Under the pieces are notes generated by a model. The model did no database searches, had not been told where the DNA came from, and was given only the letters and a program-made list of their open reading frames with translations. From Octopus vulgaris (Eukaryota), in assembly GCA_951406725.2 (NCBI GenBank), contig OX597831.1, positions 28,830,001 through 28,894,000 of the forward strand: a DNA stretch of 64,000 nt, given 5' to 3'. Made by a program: the position numbers and the translations under genes. Every line of letters begins with the position of its first letter. Position 1 is the first letter of the stretch. This document shows, in pieces, positions 57,237 through 64,000 of this stretch.

Positions 57237-57756
57237 GGAAAGAGAGAAGTGCTTTTATCTTTTAATTCTCTTGGTCATTAGACTGTGGCCATGCTGGAGT
57301 ACAGCTTGAAAGGTTTTAGCTGAACAATTTGACCCTAGTTCTTGTTTTTTATAAAGCCTGGTACTTATTCTATCAGTCTTTATTATTTTATTTTTCTGAA
57401 CTACTAAGTTACAGGGCCGTAAACTCACCAACATACGTGATGGGTTTCTTTCAGTTTCTGTCTACCAAATCCACTCACAAGGCTTTTGTTTGAAGTTGAC
57501 AATTGAAGCAAATAAATTACTGAAATATTGCAAATCCAATATCATTCACTCAAAGCTAATTCTTCATTGCTTTCAACCCCTTCTCTCATTTCCTATCTCT
57601 CAAATTCTCACTCTCTCTCATACACTTTTGTACTCTCAGTTCTCCTGTCCCCACTCCAACTGACCTCATACTTTAAGGGTACACACAGTTAACGCTCTTT
57701 TCAGTCCCATTCCAATCACTTCCATCCTTTCTTCTATAATCAGTTTCAATCCATTA

Positions 57757-57855
57757 ACCTTCTGAAGATGAAGTAGGTTGCCACAAAACTTTGTATGCAG
57801 GAAACATGTAGAGAACTGCAACAATTACACAACTATTCTTGAAACAGCTGTAAAG
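57757..57855 (+). ncRNA. Type I hammerhead ribozyme with long stem II (Penelope-type)
   Basis: CTT-CTGAAGA(57762-68)-T-GAAGTAGGTTG...CAACTATTCTT-GAAA(57841-44)-C-AGCT-GTA-AAG; palindromic stem III loop, GUA site, 3-bp stem I. Confidence 0.6.
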
Positions 57856-59039
57856 ATAAATCTGCAAACCTTTCCTCTTTCAATCCCAAGATTTTTACCT
57901 GTGGTAACTTTTATCTACCTACCAAACAATGTCATATCAACACTACAGACTTACCTTCTGCTTCTTCCAGGAGTCTATCTGTTCACATTGCAACTATTAA
58001 GAACTTCCTGTTGTGGAACTTTTACTGATGTCCTGTGATTTATACTCCTAGACTGAGTGGTGTATTGTGTTCTTGAGCAAAACACTTCATCTCACATTGC
58101 TCTGCAATCACTTTAACACCTGATGCATGATACACCGTACACCTGTTCAGGCAATGTCAATTTGGAGAGTTCCTACATATCTATCTATCTATGTATCCAT
58201 CCATCCATCTATCTATCTATCCATCCATTTGTCTATTAATCTATTTGTTAGCCTACCTGTCTATTTAGCTGTTACTACTTATTCATCTACCTGCCTATTC
58301 ACTTAACTAACTATGTACCTGTCTTTCTCTATATGTCAACCTCTGTATCTATCTACATGACTGTTTGTCTTTCAATATCTTAACTCAGCTCTTCAATTCT
58401 TTCTGGTTACATAATTAATACACACGTGTGTAAGCCATGCAGGTATGTACATGTATGGATGTGTATATATTCTCACATTGCTCTGCAATCACTTTGACAC
58501 CTGATGCATAGTATATCCTTCACCGGTTCAGGTAACATCGATTTGAAAGAGGGAGTGAGCTAGTGTACGGTACATACATTTGATCACAATAAACAAATCA
58601 TTTGTGTGGTTCATTTGGCAAAAGCTGAACTCTGACATGCTATCTTCAACGGGAGGGTCCCATCATATTTTCTAACGGGCTACTTTGCTTGTTGCATGAT
58701 CAGTGACTGATTGTCACTTGGTTTTCTATATACTGCGAGATGGAGTGAATTCCTGCTATCTCTAGCAGATGGGTGTTCCCCATTGAGGATGGATACAAAT
58801 AGCTTCAAACCATTCAGTCTGGTGATCCCATTGTCTGCTAGAAGATGGTAGGAGTTCACTCCTCGGCTTGCAATATATATCAAGTGCAGATTGCATCGAA
58901 TAGCCAGCTGCAGGAGGTGCTTCCAAGGGTTAAAAACGGTAGTAACATCAAACAGCCTTATTGATGTGGTGATAAACATTGCTTCTCAGTATAGTTAGTA
59001 CTTTCATCTCTTATAAGGATTTTTTAAACTAGCAACTTT

Positions 59040-59176
59040 ATATAATTAAGGGTTCCTAAATAAGAATGCCAAGTGCTAGGGACACAAAATGTTTTTGATT
59101 TTCACTCTCGATAAGTTTATCCCTTTTTTTGTGTCCCTAGCACTTGGCATCCTTATTTAGGAGCCCTTAATTATAT
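59040..59176. repeat. Inverted repeat (~50-bp arms)
   Basis: ATAATTAAGGGTTCCTAAATAAGAATGCCAAGTGCTAGGGACACAAAA mirrored at 59127-59176. Confidence 0.9.
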
Positions 59177-59365
59177 TTCTATATGAATAATATTTTTCTA
59201 TATGAATAATATTTTGTCTAATGACTAATTCGTCCTTTGTGCTGGGCCACTGGTAGTAATCTATATTATTACTCTTTTGATTATATATATATATATATAT
59301 ATAAGAATTTTTTGCATAATGAGATAAGAAACCAAGGCTGTGAAGATATTAGAACATTTATAGAT

Positions 59366-59420
59366 AGGTCTTACAGCTGTTTCCAGGATATTTATTAATT
59401 ACATCCCTTTATTGGAGATG
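59366..59420 (-). ncRNA. Degenerate hammerhead motif (core mutated)
   Basis: Minus strand ATCT-CCAATAA-AGGGATGT...ATATCCTG-GAAACAGCTGTA-AGAC. Shares GAAACAGCTGTA with 57841, but the CUGANGA box has decayed. Confidence 0.45.
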
Positions 59421-59969
59421 GTGTGAGAGGATGGTTAAGTCATATTTTAGATGTGATACAAAACAGAGAGTGAGGTGGAGGAAAGAAAATAGATGTGAGA
59501 TATGTAGGGATATTGAATTTGTAGATCCATTTTTTTAGGTAGAATGGTATATATGTAATATTCCAATACTCTATGGGTAAAGTCCAAAAGTCCAACAGAA
59601 TTTAAAATGTGTCCTTCCAAATATAGAGTTTATACACAGTGTAAGATTCCCTTATGAGTGAGATCCAGCAGTTTTTAAACTTGGTCATTCCAAGTACAGA
59701 ATTTGTGTACATTTATATGTGTATATATATATATATATAACGTAAGGGGTATCAGCCATCTGGGTGTGGCTAGCCACTGGGGGTGAGTGGGTGTTACTGA
59801 TGCTTTTAGCCCCAGGCGATCAACGTCACCAGAAGGACTTTAGACACTATCTCAGTGTCCTTGTGTTACTTGCAAAGGGAGGTCATCCTCCCTCGAAGAC
59901 CCGAGTACTACATACGGACTATAGTTTCAAGGTAATTGCCTCTCGTCAACGCATGGTAAGCATCGGTCT

Positions 59970-60178
59970 TAGTGAAAGACGTTATTCACACCATATAGAA
60001 TAAATATACTATAAAAACCTTAATCTAAAAATCAATATAGTACATAGACCATAAATAGTAAATACTAGTAGTAGTACTACTACTACTTACTATTTATTGT
60101 TTATGTACTTTATTGATTTTTAGAATAAGGTTTTTATAGTATATCTATTCTATAAGGTGTGAATAACGTCTTTCACTA
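59970..60178. repeat. ~210-bp imperfect inverted repeat
   Basis: AGTGAAAGACGTTATTCACACC... / ...GGTGTGAATAACGTCTTTCACT, ~95-bp arms. Confidence 0.9.
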
Positions 60179-60397
60179 TTGAATTGCTTAATAGAAGTTT
60201 TTCTCTAAATTATATACATATATTATATATTGTGAAATTTGATTTAGAATTGTTAAATTGAATTTTTCCCAGTAAGTTTTGGAATTATATTCTCTACTTT
60301 TATATCAATCTATCTATATATATACATGGGTGTGTGTATATGTATATACATATATATATGTGTGTGTGTGTGTATATATATATATATGCATGCATAC

Positions 60398-60429
<32 letters not shown>

Positions 60430-61420
60430 ATGCATGTATATATATATATATATATATATATATCACTGTGACCGAGATCACCGTGACCGACCAGGATATC
60501 AGATGTTGTTACACATCGCTGGTGACAATGCGCTTCGCATTGTTTTAGCCTTCAAATGATGCCACCCTGCTGGCTAAGCGAGCAGGCCAATATATATATA
60601 TATATATATATCGTATATGTATGTGTGTATATCTTGGAGATGAAAGTTGACAAAAGAAGGGCATATGACTGTAGAAAAACTTAGAATCTCTCAATAAGTC
60701 TCATCTGACCCCATGGTACAGTGAAAAAACTGGACATTGAAATAATGATAATGATTACGTGTGTGTGTGTGTTACAATTGTAACCAAAGTTACATTCATA
60801 TCCTCAATAAACGTACTTTACACCTTGTACTCTGTAGTAGTTAAACCATGCAGCTCTCAGCATGCACAAAAATGGATTAATTATTGATTACTTTTTGACC
60901 TGTGTGAAAAATCCTTGCCATTAACATGTCATAATGGCTGAGCAGTCTAAAGTGTCAATATGTATCCTTTGTACTTTGAATGGATCATTGAATATTTTGG
61001 TGCAAAAACTTGAATCCTCATCATCATCATCATCTTCGTTTTCTTCATGTCCCAATTTTCCCATACAGACATCAGTGTATCTGAAGCCAAATTTCTGAAA
61101 AATATATTTTTTCTATGCTTTGGTGTTCCAGTTATACAAAACACAATCAGAATGATCGGGATTTAAGATCTACCCTTGCAACCAGTTGCTTTGTCTTGTA
61201 TATATAAAAATAAAATGCGCCCTTTTAAAGCCTAGCCAGGCTCATGGGAATGGTTTCCTGGTTTCTATGGCATATGTGTTCCCCAGCTGGATGGGACGCC
61301 AGCCACCACAGCGTTACTGTTTTTTGCCAGCTGAGTGGACTGGAGTAATGTGAAATGAAGTGTTTTGCTCGAGAACACAACGCGTCGCCCGGTCCAGGAA
61401 TTGAAACCACATCATTATCG

Positions 61421-61591
61421 TTTAACATCCGCTTTCCATGCTAGCATGGGTTGGATGATATGACTGAGGTCTGGCAAACCAGATGGCTGCACCAGACTCC
61501 AATCTGATCTGGCAGGCTGGTGCAGTCATCTGGTTTGCCAGACCTCAGTCATATCGTCCAACCCATGCTAGCATGGAAAGCGGACGTTAAA
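61421..61591. repeat. Inverted duplication of an RTE 3' end (75-bp arms)
   Basis: TTTAACATCCGCTTTCCATGCTAGCATGGG...GCACCAG mirrored at 61517-61591. Confidence 0.9.
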
Positions 61592-62750
61592 AGATTTATG
61601 TCACTGATATTATGATTATAATGCGGATTTATAAACATTTGAGAGAACAGGAAATAATTCTATTTCAGAACAGTGGACCTCAAAGAACGAAAATGCTATA
61701 AATAATAGGATGTAAATATTGGGGCGTAAAACCCTCTTGGATAAAAAAAAGTTAAAGGCTTCAGAAAGTGGGACTATTCTAGGCTGATGGTTGTAGACTG
61801 AAAAAGTACAGAGGAGAGAGAGGCATGTGGTGTCCTGGTGAGTAAGATGGCTTTGACATTTTCTATCCAAAAGGGCTTTTCAGCTTAATATTTACATGCT
61901 ATTATTTATAGTTTTATGTGCTTCGAGATCCATTGCTCCAAAAATGATATATATGTCTGAAAAACCTGTGAGCAATACTTAAGAGTTTGGAAAAATAAGT
62001 AAGATGGCAATAAATGCGAGTGAAAAATATTGTATTATCTTACATATACTGTTTGATTATCCCATAACATTTCGGGAAAGATTCCTCTTTTCAAATGGAA
62101 GACAGAAAATAACCAAAAAGTTCAGAGAAATGTGTTGTTACAACACTTTTCTCATCAAGTATTTTCTTTCTATTTGAAAGATTACCAAAATATTATAGAC
62201 CCATTATACACTCTATGTAAGATAATGCAAAATATTTTGTTTTCATTTATTTACATCACCTTATATATGTTGCCTAACTTCTCTCCAGCAATGCTCACAG
62301 ATATTATTTGCATTTATATCATTTACATATATTGCAATGCTTCAAGCAAATTACAATAACCATAATAATGATGATTTCATTCACTGGCCACAAGAGCCTG
62401 GGACACTGGAGACAGTACAAACATGAAATGCACAGAAAAACAACAAACAAGAAACAGTGTGTATTTATGTGGGTTGCAGGGAGTAAAACAGATCAACAAT
62501 AACAACAAAAACAACATAAAACAAGACTAAAAAACAGGGGAGGTAACCTCGCATTACTCTGATGCAACAAAATCAAGTGTTTTTTTGCCCCAGTCCTTGC
62601 CACCAGCCTACATCTAGAGAGTGTGTATCATTTAACCATGCTAATTTCCCTACTCTCATCCACATTACATAAAATGTACTGTGGGGCAGCATCCCACTCT
62701 CTGTTATCTTACCATCATAAATCAAAAATTATAAACAATTATTATTATTA

Positions 62751-63112
62751 TTACCTCTGCCTTTGATCAGGCGGAGGTATTGTTTCAGTCGTATTTGTTT
62801 GCTTGTTTGTCTATGGACAAAGATATCTCAAGAACCACTGGATGGATTTGGATGAAATTTTCAGGGATGTTTGGCCTCGTGACTGGCACAAACTGATTTT
62901 GGGATCAATCTGGTTCCAGATAAGGATTCTGGATTGTTTTTATTTTTTTACTTAATTTTTGAGAGTAGTCAGGTTCATTTTTAGTATAATCGTTTGTGAC
63001 AGCATTCGAGTTTATTTCAGATATTCTCATTTTGAAAAAATCATCTCTGGCTAATCGTTGAGAGGACGTTGGTGTTGCCTTGGTGGAGATTTGTGCTCTC
63101 TGAGTGCTCGTT
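62751..63112 (+). mobile_element. Helentron-associated non-autonomous element (HINE/DINE-1-like)
   Basis: TT-ACCTCTGCC...GGCGGAGGT 5' subterminal IR, short GTTT/GTCT microsatellite, 3' CCTTGGTGGAGAT subTIR and GTGCTC-TCT-GAGTGC stem-loop, inserted in a T-rich site. Confidence 0.7.
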
Positions 63113-64000
63113 ATTATTGTTTTACTTCTTAGAGTGCTTGGGCTTGTTTGCTTGAGAGCGGACAGCAGCCTGTTGTCAGAGGTCTCACAAGGTCCCTTTC
63201 TGCACATTATAAACCTTGCTACTTGGTTGTGAATTCAACATCCAAGTACCAATCTCAAAATCCTAGCTGTCCCCAGCAGAGCAGTTTTGGGGGTTTGCTC
63301 TGCTCCCATGTCAATTCTGATTTCTCTGACATTTCTAAAACTTGGCTCAATACTCCAAAATTTCAGGCCTTGCGTCTACAGTAGAAAGATTAGCATTATT
63401 ATTATTATTATCAAGGTAGCGAGTTGGCAGAATTGTTAGCACACGGGGCAAAATGCTTAGCGGTATTTTGTCTGCCACTACATTCTGAGTTCAAATCCAG
63501 CCAAGATTGACTTTGCGTTTCATCCTTTTGGTGTTGATAAATTAAGTAACAGTAAAATACTGGAGTGGATGTAAATGCCTAGTCCCTTCTCCATAAGTCT
63601 GACACCTTGTTCTTCCAGTTGAAAGGATTATTATTATTATTATTATTACTAAGGCGGTGAGCTGGCAAAATCCTTAGCATGTCTGACGAAATGCTTAGCA
63701 GTATTTCGTCTGGTTTTACATTCTAAGTTCAAATACAGCTTAGGTCCTTTTAGGGTCAATAAAATAAGTACTTATGGAGTATTTTGGTCGATGTAATCAA
63801 TGAGACCCTCTCCTTCAAATTTTTTATCTATTTTTCTTATTCTTTCTTTTACCTGTTTCAGTCATTTAACTGCAGCCATGCTGGGGCACCGCCTTTAGTT
63901 GAGCAAATCGACCCCCAGGACTTATTCTTTGTAAGCCTAGTACTTAATCTATCAGTCTCTTTTGCTGAACCACTAAGTTATGAGGACGTAAACACACCAC

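Overview
Eukaryotic, very AT-rich, microsatellite- and SINE-dense DNA; the repeat families and (TA)n/(TAA)n/(CATA)n load suggest an octopod cephalopod genome (inference). One host gene is supported: the 3' half of an anion-selective Cys-loop ligand-gated channel (GlyR/molluscan GluCl-like) on the + strand. Its M1-M2-M3 exon lies at <1-356 and its M4/stop exon at 45434-45592, joined in phase 0 across an apparent ~45 kb intron. Almost all six-frame ORFs are microsatellite artefacts. The rest is transposon-derived: several tRNA-SINE families, RTE and R4/Dong LINE fragments, mariner/pogo/hAT/Merlin-type MITEs and a Helentron-type HINE. The most notable unannotated signal is a set of mostly (TA)n-associated Penelope-like/retrozyme-like elements. 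They include an intact minimal type I hammerhead ribozyme at 40116-40193, in sense orientation inside the channel intron, a second hammerhead with an intact core at 57757-57855, several decayed hammerheads, and a series of long fold-back palindromes. All calls were made by eye; no database search or folding software was run.
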